A DNA stretch of 63,838 bases, the filler included, from Octopus bimaculoides (taxonomy: Eukaryota): assembly GCF_001194135.2 (NCBI RefSeq). It is 5 parts of 5 records of this genome, joined end to end, with 100 filler letters (N's around TTAATTAATTAA, not from the genome) between each part and the next. Parts side by side here need not be neighbours in the genome. Positions count along the whole stretch, not along the records: positions 27,838 to 38,957 come from NC_068988.1; positions 39,058 to 56,129 come from NC_069008.1; 3 more parts are not named here. One strand, 5' to 3'. Position numbers and translations under genes: made by a program. Shown here in pieces: positions 36,841-47,685 of the stretch. Within the stretch, counting starts at the first letter, position 1. Each line of letters starts with the position of its first letter. Under the pieces are notes generated by a model. It saw only the letters and a program-made list of their open reading frames with translations, was not told the origin of the DNA and ran no database searches.

Positions 36841-37060
36841 GAGGAAGTGGTAAAAGAGATCGTATGCATGTATGTATGTATGTATGCGTGCGTAGCAAGA
36901 CGAATGACTGACCGATGAAATATGCACTAGACCTGTTCAACTCAGTTCCTTCCGGTCCATGTCCTAGTATGGTTCCAGTGAAATGGCTGAAACGTATGAA
37001 AGGTAAAAGATACATTAACATGTAGACAGTATCTAAGACAGCGAGCAGACAGTATCATTA

Positions 37061-37290
37061 GTGCGGTGAGCAATAAGCTTAGCAGAAACGTTAGCATGCC
37101 GGGCGAAAAGCTTCGCAGCATTTCGTCTGTCTTTACGTTCTGAGTTCAAATTCTGACGAGGCTGACTTTGCCTTTCATCCTTTCGGTGTCGATAAATTAA
37201 GTACCAGTTGCGTACTCGGGTGGATTTAATCGTCTGGCCTTCTCCCTCAACATTTCGGGCCTTGTGCCTAGAGTAGAAAAGAAAAGAATA
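37061..37290 (+). mobile_element. SINE family A
   Basis: GCAGAAACGTTAGCATGCCGGGCG...TTCTGAGTTCAAATTC...GCCTTTCATCCTTTCGGTGTCGATAAATTAAGTACCAG...CCTTGTGCCTAGAGTAGAAAAG. Confidence 0.9.
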
Positions 37291-37308
37291 TCTACAGACT
37301 GCCAGAGC

Positions 37309-37488
37309 AAGGCTGTGAGCTGGAAGAAACATTAGCACGCCGGGCGAAATGCTTAGCAGTATTTCGTCCGGCTTTATCCTATGAGTTTAAATTTTGTTAA
37401 CGTCCACTTTGCCTGATCAGTGTCGATGTAATCGACTTCCCTCCTCATCCGAGATTACTGGACTTGTGCCAAAATGTGAAACCAGTAT
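37309..37488 (+). mobile_element. SINE family A (internally deleted)
   Basis: GGCTGTGAGCTGGAAGAAACATTAGCACGCCGGGCG...GTCGATGTAATCGAC...CTTGTGCCAAAATGTGAAACC. Confidence 0.8.
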
Positions 37489-38153
37489 GTAAACAGTATT
37501 CAAAATTGAAATATATTCTTCGTTTTACATAAACTTATAATTTCCCGTCTTGAGATACAATGCTTTAATGGGATGAAGATACATCTACTGCTAAACTTGA
37601 GTGATTAGTTATTTTATTATCGAATCTGGAAAGATGAGAGGTAGCGTTTACATTCGTAGTACTTGAACTTATATCGTAAAGGAGAATAAATATGGCAAGA
37701 AATGTTTTCAGTACTTTAGCGATTCTAGCAATGTACAGCCCAAAGTTTTATTGTTTTCATATCTGTATAGTCTGGTAAAACATTTGAGTCCTACATGACA
37801 TACTTATTATTGTGAACTCTTTCAGTTCTTACGATTATTTTGACAGTAAACACATACTGCAGTTCATAAAACGTGACCTGCAAAGTATTTACATCATATC
37901 AAATTAACAGTGAATTTTATGACAACATTTCTAGAATGTCTGTACTTTTTTTTAGCGTTGAATGTGAGATCACAAAAGTTTATTAGTATTTTAAGTCGAA
38001 ACTTTAGTACAATTTATTTAAATTATACGTATTCAACCCCAGGGGTATATTATGTTATAGAAATTTTACAATGTGCAAAACAGTTTTTATAAATCTTTCT
38101 TCGTAGTTATTTATAATGAGAATATTTCAGAATTCTGAAAAAAAAATCAAGAA

Positions 38154-38222
<69 letters not shown>

Positions 38223-39423
38223 TGAAAGACGAGAGGTTGTATCAATGTTGTTATTTTACTAATTCTGTTATAATGTTATAAAATATAAATATCACAATAG
38301 ATGATCTGCATACAATAATTTGTTTTACCACGAGGCATTACGTTTTACGTAGTCTATGAGATTGGCGGTTTCTATCCATCTCCAGATTACAGATCACAAG
38401 AGGAGATGCAAATTTATATTATTTGGAACACAACCGCTCGTATCGTCGTTATTGATATTGTTATAATTGTAATTTAATCCCAAACTAAATGCTTAACCAA
38501 TTGCTCGATGATAAAAGGCTCTTCCCTCTTGCCATTTTCGTCGTCGTCAATATTTTTCCGAGTCTGTGTATCTTCTCGGAACAGATTCTCTACTGAGGCC
38601 GTCTAAATTTAATACTAATGATTTGGTTACTATTTCTAGTAAGATGATGAACACGTAAGGGTTCTTACATTACTTGTATATCATGTGACAAGAAAATTAC
38701 ATATCTTTTCTATATGTGTAGGATAATGATTGAGGCTACTACAAAATTTGTATAAAATTATCCGAAATGCATCGCAAACATGAGCAGACTTTGCATATTC
38801 GATCTGAGTTCAGGGAACAAACCATTGTTATTATGAAGTCTGCATTATTTCATTTATAAAGTCTGACACCAACTTCGGCACCCTGACGAAGTCTTGCTGT
38901 CCTATCGAAAGAACATAATGCATTAACATGGAGAATATATATATATATATATATATANNNNNNNNNNNNNNNNNNNNNNNNNNNNNNNNNNNNNNNNNNN
39001 NTTAATTAATTAANNNNNNNNNNNNNNNNNNNNNNNNNNNNNNNNNNNNNNNNNNNNAAAAACAAAATTGTTTGTATTTTATCTTATGTCCATTATCTGG
39101 AAATCTTTCACCACACATTTGTGACCTCTTCAGTGACTTTTCCATCCACATGTACCTTATTGTATTTAGTCCATTCTAAAGACAATGGACTAAACAGAAC
39201 AGGAAGAAACACGTGGATAGAAAAGCTGCTGAAGAGGTCACAGATGTGAGATGAAAGATTTCCAGATAATGGGCGTCAGATAAGATGAGAACAATAATGA
39301 GTGAAGAATGAATATATAGTGCGTGTGCTTATTTGGCAAAAAGAAAAACAAAACGACCAACCCGAAATATAACAAAATCTGTTTCAACACAGGATTTCAC
39401 ATCAAGAATCTTGCAAAATAAAT

Positions 39424-40255
39424 TCATCATCACCATCATCACCAACATCATCATCACCACCATCATCATCATCACCATCATCATCACCACCACCACCACC
39501 ACCATCATCATCATCACCAACATCATCACCACCACCACCACCACCATCACCTAACGTCTGCTTTCTATGATGGCATGGGGTTGGATGGTTTGATTGAAAG
39601 CTGGTAAGCTTGGAAGCTGCACCAGGTGTTCCAATCCGATTTGGCAATGGTTTCTACTGCTGGATGCCCTTCCTGACGCCAACCACTCCAAGTACATCAT
39701 GGGTGCTTTTTATGTGCCAGTTACGCACCACTGGCATCGGCCATGACTACAATCTCGCTTGGCTTGACACACTTCTCAAGCACAGTTTATTGCCGAAGGT
39801 CTTGGTCACCTGTCACTACCTCCATGAGACCCAACATTCGAACAGTGTTTTTTTGTTTGTTCCACTGGCACAGGTGCCAGTTACATGACACTGGCATTGG
39901 CTATAGCTACAATCTCACTTGGCTTGACTGACAACTGACCAAGTCAGCTTGATGCATCTTCTCAAGCACAGCAAATCACCACACCTCCTAGTCCCTTGTC
40001 ATTTCCTTAAAAAGGCCCAGAATCTGAAGATCCTTTCTCAACACTTCGTCCTATGTCTTCCTGAGTCAACCCCTTCCACAGATTCCCACCACAATTACAG
40101 TTCAGCACTTCTTCTTTATGCAGCTCTCCTCATCCATATACATCACATCACCAAACTAGCACAGCCTTCTCTCTTACACACAACATCTGATGTCTCTTAT
40201 CCCCAGTTTTTCTCTTAAATCATTTATATTCTGTCATGCATGCACAGTGACATGC
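39424..40255 (-). mobile_element. old RTE-clade LINE 3' fragment with expanded (ATG/GTG)n tail
   Basis: Minus strand LREKLGIRDIRCCV*ERRLC*FGDVMYMDEESCIKK...GRG*LRKT*DEVLRKDL (RTE RLRWFGHV...GRGRPRKTW pattern); 3'UTR with CTGGATGCCCTTCC; tail 39424-39550. Confidence 0.85.
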
Positions 40256-40261
40256 ATGATA

Positions 40262-40564
40262 GAGTGCAAATGTTAACTAAAAAATAGGGGACACCTTAGC
40301 CTACACGACAAAATGTAAATGTTATCTGAAAAATAGGGGACACTGTACCTTGTATGACAAAGTGTAAATGTTATCTGAAAAATAGGGTACATCTTACCCT
40401 GTATGGTTATCTGAAAAATAGGGGATACCTTATCTTGTATGACAGAATGTAAATGTTATCTGAAAAATAGGGGACACCTTATCCTGCATGACAGAGTGTA
40501 AATGTTATCTGAAAAATAGGGGACACTTTATCCTACATGACAGAATGTAAATGTTATCTGAAAA
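40262..40564. repeat. 49-bp minisatellite, about 6 units
   Basis: AAATGTTATCTGAAAAATAGGGGACACCTTATCCTGCATGACAGAGTGT repeated; one unit shortened. Confidence 0.95.
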
Positions 40565-40697
40565 GGGGCCTCTTATGCTGCTAAGCCTGGGGCCTATTAT
40601 GCTGCTAAGCCTGGGGCCTATTATGCTGCTAAGCCTGGGGCCTCTTATGCTGCTAAACCTAAGGCCTTTTACGCTGCTAAGCCTGGGGCCTATTATG
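40565..40697. repeat. 24-bp minisatellite, about 5.5 units
   Basis: GGGGCCT(C/A)TTATGCTGCTAAGCCT repeated, directly abutting the 49-bp array. Confidence 0.95.
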
Positions 40698-40959
40698 TTA
40701 AGAACAAGCCTTTAGGTATAGGGGCTTATTTCTAGCCATGTATTTTTCTTGCAGTTGTCTCACAAGGAATACGGGGCATGAGTGAGGCCCCTCCCTCTGC
40801 CAAAACTGAAATCCACCTTACACTGAATCCAAATTAAACTTGTCTCAAAAATAATGCTTTCCAGATGAAAATTACAAAATCAATGATAATCGAAGCAGAT
40901 ACAGGTAAACATGTAACTGTGACATTGATCAGTGATATTGATTAACTGATTAGTCTGAG

Positions 40960-41757
40960 AGAGAGGGTGGTGAGAGAGGGGGTGTTTGAGAGAGAGAGAG
41001 AGAGGGTGTGTGTGTGTGTGAGAGAGAGAGTGTGTGTGAGAGAGGGAGTGTGTGTGAGAGAGAGGGTGAGTGAGAGTGTGTATGTGTGAGAGAGAGTGTG
41101 TGTGTGTGCGTGTGAGGGAGGTGTGTGTGAGAGAGAGAGAGTGTGTGTGTGAGAGAGAGGGTGTGTGAGAGAGAGTGTGTGAGAGAGAGAGAGAGTGTGT
41201 GTGTGTGTGTGTGAGAGTGTGTGTGTGAGAGAGGGTGTGTGTGAGAGAGAGAGAGAGTGTGTGTGTTTGAGAGTGTGTGTGTGTGTGAGGGAGAGTGTGT
41301 GTGTGAGAGAGAGGGTGTGNNNNNNNNNNNNNNNNNNNNNNNNNNNNNNNNNNNNNNNNNNNNNNNNNNNNNNNNNNNNNNNNNNNNNNNNNNNNNNNNN
41401 NNGTGAGAGAGAGAGAGTGTGTGTGTGAGAGAGAGGGTGTGTGAGAGAGAGTGTGTGAGAGAGAGAGAGAGTGTGTGTGTGTGTGTGTGAGAGTGTGTGT
41501 GTGAGAGAGGGTGTGTGTGAGAGAGAGAGAGAGTGTGTGTGAGAGAGAGAGTGTGTGAGAGAGAGTGTGTGTGTGTGAGAGAGAGAGAGTGTGTGTGTGT
41601 GTGAGAGAGTGTGTGCGAGAGAGAGAGAGTGTGTGAGAGAGAGTATGTGTGTGTGAGGGAGTGTGTCTGTGTGTGCGTGAAAGAGAGAGTGTATGTGTCT
41701 GTGTGAGAGAGAGAGAGAGAGTCTCAATGACCCTCTCTCTCTCTCTCCCACACTCAG

Positions 41758-41793
<36 letters not shown>

Positions 41794-41800
41794 AACACCT
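40960..41800. repeat. compound (GA)n/(GT)n array that switches to (CT)n at about 41730
   Basis: Seen directly; source of the 335-aa pseudo-ORF. Confidence 0.9.
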
Positions 41801-42002
41801 AGAAGGAGGTGCTTTTTTCCCCTCACCAAAGTGAACGGATCTTTGGCCACCACACGGTATCCAACATCCATCAGGTGTTTCAATCCTGAACCATACCCCC
41901 CACCCCCACCCACCTGCCCGCCAGTTGATGGGTCAGCAGAGGTGGCCACACCACTTGCTCCTCATCTCCTCCTGGAGATATATACATGAATTGACCCCCA
42001 AT

Positions 42003-42150
42003 GCTTATTTTATTTCTAAACCTCATACTTATCCTACTTGTCCCTCTTGTTGAACAGCTGAGTTACAGGGACATAAACACACCAACACCTGTGTTGTCAA
42101 GTAGTGGTAGGGGACAAACACACACACACACACATATTATGGGCTTCTTT
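42003..42150 (-). mobile_element. SINE family B, internal fragment
   Basis: GTTACAGGGACATAAACACACCAACAC...GGGGACAAACACAC...GGGCTTCTTTCA. Confidence 0.7.
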
Positions 42151-42188
42151 CATATATGGCAAATAAATATAAAGGCAAATTTATAGAC

Positions 42189-42600
42189 ATCACTAAGTGA
42201 CAAAGGATACAAAGTGGAACCGGCAGTGCTAGAAATAAGAGTCAAACCAACTCATTAGCCACAAGAGCACTATCTTAGCCAGCTGACAATGGAGACAAGC
42301 TCCCTACAGTCACAGATATAGTCACATCACTAGTGATTTCGAATCTTGATGCAGAGCATCTTAATTCTTATCGGTGGCTCTTATCCTGCCTAGGGTTAAA
42401 CTCCACTCACCTCATCAATTTATAAGTAAAACCACTGAAAGCATGTGCTGATTACAAAACCGGGGTGACTTAATAGCAATTTAACAGCCTAAGGGCAAGT
42501 TTTAAAATGTCACTAAAGTGACAGAGGGTACAAAGTGGAACTGGCATTGCTAGAAATAACAGCCACAAGAGCACTATTTTAATAAGCTGACAAGATATAG
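42189..42600 (+). repeat. imperfect direct repeat, about 90-110 bp, 320-bp offset
   Basis: TCACTAA(A)GTGACA.AGG.TACAAAGTGGAAC.GGCA.TGCTAGAAATAA...AGCCACAAGAGCACTAT at about 42190 and 42510. Confidence 0.8.
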
Positions 42601-42921
42601 GTTATGTATTTCCTTCGTAGCCAAACACCTGTGCTTCTTCATCTATCATATTTTAGACTTTTGACACCTGGAGAAAAGACCCCTACCTCATCTCTCAAGT
42701 ACATTCTCATTAAGTTGAGGGCTTCTTTTCTTTGTGGTCTTGCAATTTATTTGGCGCCTTCACTCATGCTGGTGTCATGATAAAAAGCATCCAGAGTGGC
42801 TGGCTAGAAAGGTGCCCGACAGTAAAAACCATACAGTTCTATATTTAAGAGATGAGGAATTATGTACATTATTTACATTATTTACATTTGACGGATATTT
42901 GTCCTCATCTTGTTTGCTGTT

Positions 42922-42967
42922 AACACAACGTTTCGGCTGATATACCCTCCAGCCTTCATCAGGTGTC
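42922..42967 (-). ncRNA. minimal type I hammerhead ribozyme
   Basis: Exact reverse complement of 43313-43358. Confidence 0.8.
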
Positions 42968-43043
42968 TTGGGGAAATTTCGAACTTGGGTTCTCATTCCT
43001 AAGGTATTTTTCGATGTTATTATTATTATTATTATTATTATCA

Positions 43044-43077
<34 letters not shown>

Positions 43078-43231
43078 CATTGTTATTGTTATTGTTCAGG
43101 TCACTGATTGGAATTGAACTCAGAATCTTGGGGTTAGTAGCCGGCGCTCTTAACCACTAAGAGCACGGGCTACAAACCCCAAGATTCCGGGTTCGATTCC
43201 AAGTAGTGACCTGAACAATAACAATAATAAC

Positions 43232-43265
<34 letters not shown>

Positions 43266-43312
43266 TCGAAAAATACCTTAGGAATGAGAACCCAGGTTCG
43301 AAATTTCCCTAA

Positions 43313-43358
43313 GACACCTGATGAAGGCTGGAGGGTATATCAGCCGAAACGTTGTGTT
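43313..43358 (+). ncRNA. minimal type I hammerhead ribozyme
   Basis: GACAC-CTGATGA-A-GGCTG-gagggtatat-CAGCC-GAA-ACGT-T-GTGTT: stem I GACAC/GTGTT, stem II GGCTG/CAGCC, palindromic stem III ACGT, predicted GUU cleavage after 43353. Confidence 0.8.
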
Positions 43359-43542
43359 AACAACAAATAAGATGAGGACAAATATCCGTCGATTGTAAAT
43401 AATGTAAATAAAGAAGAAACCATGCCAAAGCTGACAGTGGAACTCAATGCAGTCCTTGAAGCTTGTCAGATCCTGTCAAATCATCTAACCCATGCCAGCA
43501 TGGAAAATAGATGTTAATGGATGATGATAACACTACCTCCTC

Positions 43543-43591
<49 letters not shown>

Positions 43592-43671
43592 CAAAAAAAA
43601 TATATGCATGTATACACACATATATGTATATACTTTCATCTACATGTGTATATAGATGCATNNNNNNNNNN

Positions 43672-43714
<43 letters not shown>

Positions 43715-43951
43715 TTATGAGTGGTAGTGGTGTCAATGAGACCCAGAGGTGTCAGGTAATGCTCAGCAAGTGCTGGAGTTATATATATTTATATATATAT
43801 ATACACACATATATATATAAATTTATGTGTGTGCGTGTGCGTGTGTATACATAAAGGTATATAGACACCACCCAATGTACTGAGCCATACAGAAACTATA
43901 GCTTATATATGCCAGTATGTATATACATACATACATATATATATATATATA

Positions 43952-44126
43952 GGCGCAGGAGTGGCTGTGTGGTAAGTAGCTTGCTTACAAACCACATGGT
44001 TCCGGGTTCAGTCCCACTGCGTGACACTTTGGGCAAGTGTCTTCTACTATAGCCTCGGGCCGACCAAAGCCTTGTGAGTGGATTTGGTAGACGGAAACTG
44101 AAAGAAGCCCGTCGTATATATGTATA
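43952..44126 (+). mobile_element. SINE family B, 5' half (runs into gap)
   Basis: GGCGCAGGAGTGGCTGTGTGGTAAGTAGCTTGCTTAC...GGTTCCGGGTTCAGTCCCACTGCGTG...GAAAGAAGCCCGTCG. Confidence 0.92.
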
Positions 44127-44825
44127 NNNNNNNNNNNNNNNNNNNNNNNNNNNNNNNNNNNNNNNNNNNNNNNNNNNNNNNNNNNNNNNNNNNNNNNNNN
44201 NNNNNNNNNNNNNNNNNNNNNNNNNNNNNNNNNNNNNNNNNNNNNNNNNNNNNNNNNNNNNNNNNNNNNNNNNNNNNNNNNNNNNNNNNNNNNNNNNNNN
44301 NNNNNNNNNNNNNNNNNNNNNNNNNNNNNNNNNNNNNNNNNNNNNNNNNNNNNNNNNNNNNNNNNNNNNNNNNNNNNNNNNNNNNNNNNNNNNNNNNNNN
44401 NNNNNNNNNNNNNNNNNNNNNNNNNNNNNNNNNNNNNNNNNNNNNNNNNNNNNNNNNNNNNNNNNNNNNNNNNNNNNNNNNNNNNNNNNNNNNNNNNNNN
44501 NNNNNNNNNNNNNNNNNNNNNNNNNNNNNNNNNNNNNNNNNNNNNNNNNNNNNNNNNNNNNNNNNNNNNNNNNNNNNNNNNNNNNNNNNNNNNNNNNNNN
44601 NNNNNNNNNNNNNNNNNNNNNNNNNNNNNNNNNNNNNNNNNNNNNNNNNNNNNNNNNNNNNNNNNNNNNNNNNNNNNNNNNNNNNNNNNNNNNNNNNNNN
44701 NNNNNNNNNNNNNNNNNNNNNNNNNNNNNNNNNNNNNNNNNNNNNNNNNNNNNNNNNNNNNNNNNNNNNNNNNNNNNNNNNNNNNNNNNNNNNNNNNNNN
44801 NNNNNNNNNNNNTGCGTATGTGCAT

Positions 44826-44882
<57 letters not shown>

Positions 44883-46016
44883 TGTATAAAATTTGATGCT
44901 TATAATGTCAAGTATGCAGCTAATTAGTTCTATTAGAATTTCCTATGTCTGTGTGTCTGTAATCACGTGTGCACGTCCCGTTCCGAAGACGTCTCGTGCC
45001 CTCATTAAATATGTGCGCGTGTGTGCATGTGTACGGCAAGTTTGTAAGCCTATGATGTGTGTACGGGCTTTCTCGCTTCTCAGCATGCGTATGTGGGCAT
45101 GTGTACGTTTGCCTTACCGTCTCTGTCTCACTCTGTCTCTCTCTCTTTCTCTCTACTCTGCGTGCGCGCCGCTACTAAGGTGTGCGTGTGTTCGTTTACC
45201 TGTATATATGTGTGTGTGTGTGTGTGTATTTGTGTGATTTACTACTGCCCGCTTCTGTCTCTGTGTGTGTGTATGTGTGTGTTTGTCTATACCTGTGTGA
45301 ATATATGTATATTTCTTTGAATGAATGTTCCTTTACGTACATTTGTGGTTATTTGTATGTGTGTATATTCAATATTATTTAATGCCTGCATGTATTTCTT
45401 TCTTTCTTTCTTTCTCAGTCTGTCTTTGTCTCAGTGTGTGTGTGTGAGTGTGCGTATGTGTCGGTCTCTTAACACGTATGCGTGCGTTTATGTCACAGAT
45501 TTGATACATGTAAATGCGTGTGTGTTACACTATGTATCTGTAAGCATGTGTATGAATATATTCGTGTGTGTGTGTGTGTAATGGATATTATACAGGCTGA
45601 TAACGTGTGTATGTGTGCGTTTAAAGATGCAGTTCACAACTGCTATCACAACGTGTGTGTGTGTGTGTGATCATATGTGCATGTGTGTGTTTGCATATGT
45701 GTATACATGTGTGCATGTATATATATGAGTGTGTGAGTTTGTATGAAGAGTAGCAGCTTACAACTACATTCACATTAGTGTGTGTTTGTAATTATACACA
45801 TTCATCTATGTGCATATCCATATTATTTAGAGTGCATGCGCGTATATATACATGTTAATATTTCTCAATATGCGTTTACGTATGCGCGCGCGCGCGCGTG
45901 TCCCAGCACGTGTTCTTATTTGAGTGTATTTACGCTTACACATGTGTCTATCCGTTGAATGTATGCATTTTATGTGCCCCTAATTCCGTATAAGAGAGTG
46001 TGTATATATATAATGT

Positions 46017-46061
<45 letters not shown>

Positions 46062-46128
46062 CATATATATATATACATACATATACATACACACACACAC
46101 ACATATATATATATACATACATATACAT

Positions 46129-46183
<55 letters not shown>

Positions 46184-46278
46184 TGTATAACATTCCATCC
46201 GTTTTTTACTTTCACTATCTGTCTCGATATGTAATTATGTAATTACATGGTTACATCCGTGTATGTGTACTTGTGTGA

Positions 46279-46313
<35 letters not shown>

Positions 46314-46475
46314 CGCGTGTTTGTGCGCGCCCATGGCACCGTATGCGAAGCGTAACGAAACTGTTATCACACGCGTCTCTACAGCTCAGATATGCCATAG
46401 CTGGAATTACATGAAGCTTGCAACATACATCTGTAATATATATATATATATATATATACATACATACATACATAC

Positions 46476-46530
<55 letters not shown>

Positions 46531-47650
46531 NNNNNNNNNNNNNNNNNNNNNNNNNNNNNNNNNNNNNNNNNNNNNNNNNNNNNNNNNNNNNNNNNNNNNN
46601 NNNNNNNNNNNNNNNNNNNNNNNNNNNNNNNNNNNNNNNNNNNNNNNNNNNNNNNNNNNNNNNNNNNNNNNNNNNNNNNNNNNNNNNNNNNNNNNNNNNN
46701 NNNNNNNNNNNNNNNNNNNNNNNNNNNNNNNNNNNNNNNNNNNNNNNNNNNNNNNNNNNNNNNNNNNNNNNNNNNNNNNNNNNNNNNNNNNNNNNNNNNN
46801 NNNNNNNNNNNNNNNNNNNNNNNNNNNNNNNNNNNNNNNNNNNNNNNNNNNNNNNNNNNNNNNNNNNNNNNNNNNNNNNNNNNNNNNNNNNNNNNNNNNN
46901 NNNNNNNNNNNNNNNNNNNNNNNNNNNNNNNNNNNNNNNNNNNNNNNNNNNNNNNNNNNNNNNNNNNNNNNNNNNNNNNNNNNNNNNNNNNNNNNNNNNN
47001 NNNNNNNNNNNNNNNNNNNNNNNNNNNNNNNNNNNNNNNNNNNNNNNNNNNNNNNNNNNNNNNNNNNNNNNNNNNNNNNNNNNNNNNNNNNNNNNNNNNN
47101 NNNNNNNNNNNNNNNNNNNNNNNNNNNNNNNNNNNNNNNNNNNNNNNNNNNNNNNNNNNNNNNNNNNNNNNNNNNNNNNNNNNNNNNNNNNNNNNNNNNN
47201 NNNNNNNNNNNNNNNNNNNNNNNNNNNNNNNNNNNNNNNNNNNNNNNNNNNNNNNNNNNNNNNNNNNNNNNNNNNNNNNNNNNNNNNNNNNNNNNNNNNN
47301 NNNNNNNNNNNNNNNNNNNNNNNNNNNNNNNNNNNNNNNNNNNNNNNNNNNNNNNNNNNNNNNNNNNNNNNNNNNNNNNNNNNNNNNNNNNNNNNNNNNN
47401 NNNNNNNNNNNNNNNNNNNNNNNNNNNNNNNNTATATATATATATATGTACACTACATGAATGTGTGTGTAAACACTCATCCAGCCATTCATACATACAT
47501 ACATACATTATATACACGCGCATTCAGTCATTCATTCATCGGCTTAGGAGTTCATTTTGCGTGTATGATTGAAATACTTCTCGTTTCGCCTGCAACCGCC
47601 ACCACCACCCGCAGCAGCATTATAATCATCTCCCCACCACCACCACCACA

Positions 47651-47685
<35 letters not shown>

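Larger units (their letters stand above)
42833..43412. mobile_element. head-to-head fold-back dimer of a tRNA-headed, hammerhead-carrying SINE (family D)
   Basis: Palindrome 42869-43411 centred on GCTCTTA-ACCAC-TAAGAGC (43146-43164). Each arm: truncated tRNA-like head with B box (43190-43200 plus; 43110-43121 minus), (AAT)n, body, hammerhead, (TGTAAATAA)n. Confidence 0.9.
42750..43528 (+). mobile_element. RTE-tailed SINE/LINE 3' end interrupted by the hammerhead element
   Basis: Left part ...AAAAGCATCC...GGAAAGGTGCCCGACAGTAAAAACCAT; right part GAAACCATGCCAAAGCTGAC...AACCCATGCCAGCATGGAAAATAGATGTTAATGGATGATGAT is colinear with the RTE 3' ends at 25808/27420/39550. Confidence 0.65.

Noticed and set aside
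38882-38915. Hammerhead (CTGACGA...CGAAAG)
   Set aside because: No stem II or stem III pairing.
41820-41990. Coding exon on minus strand (ATSADPSTGG...DPFTL with a GTGAGG donor)
   Set aside because: All three frames from the nearest good acceptor contain stops, and there is no ATG start.
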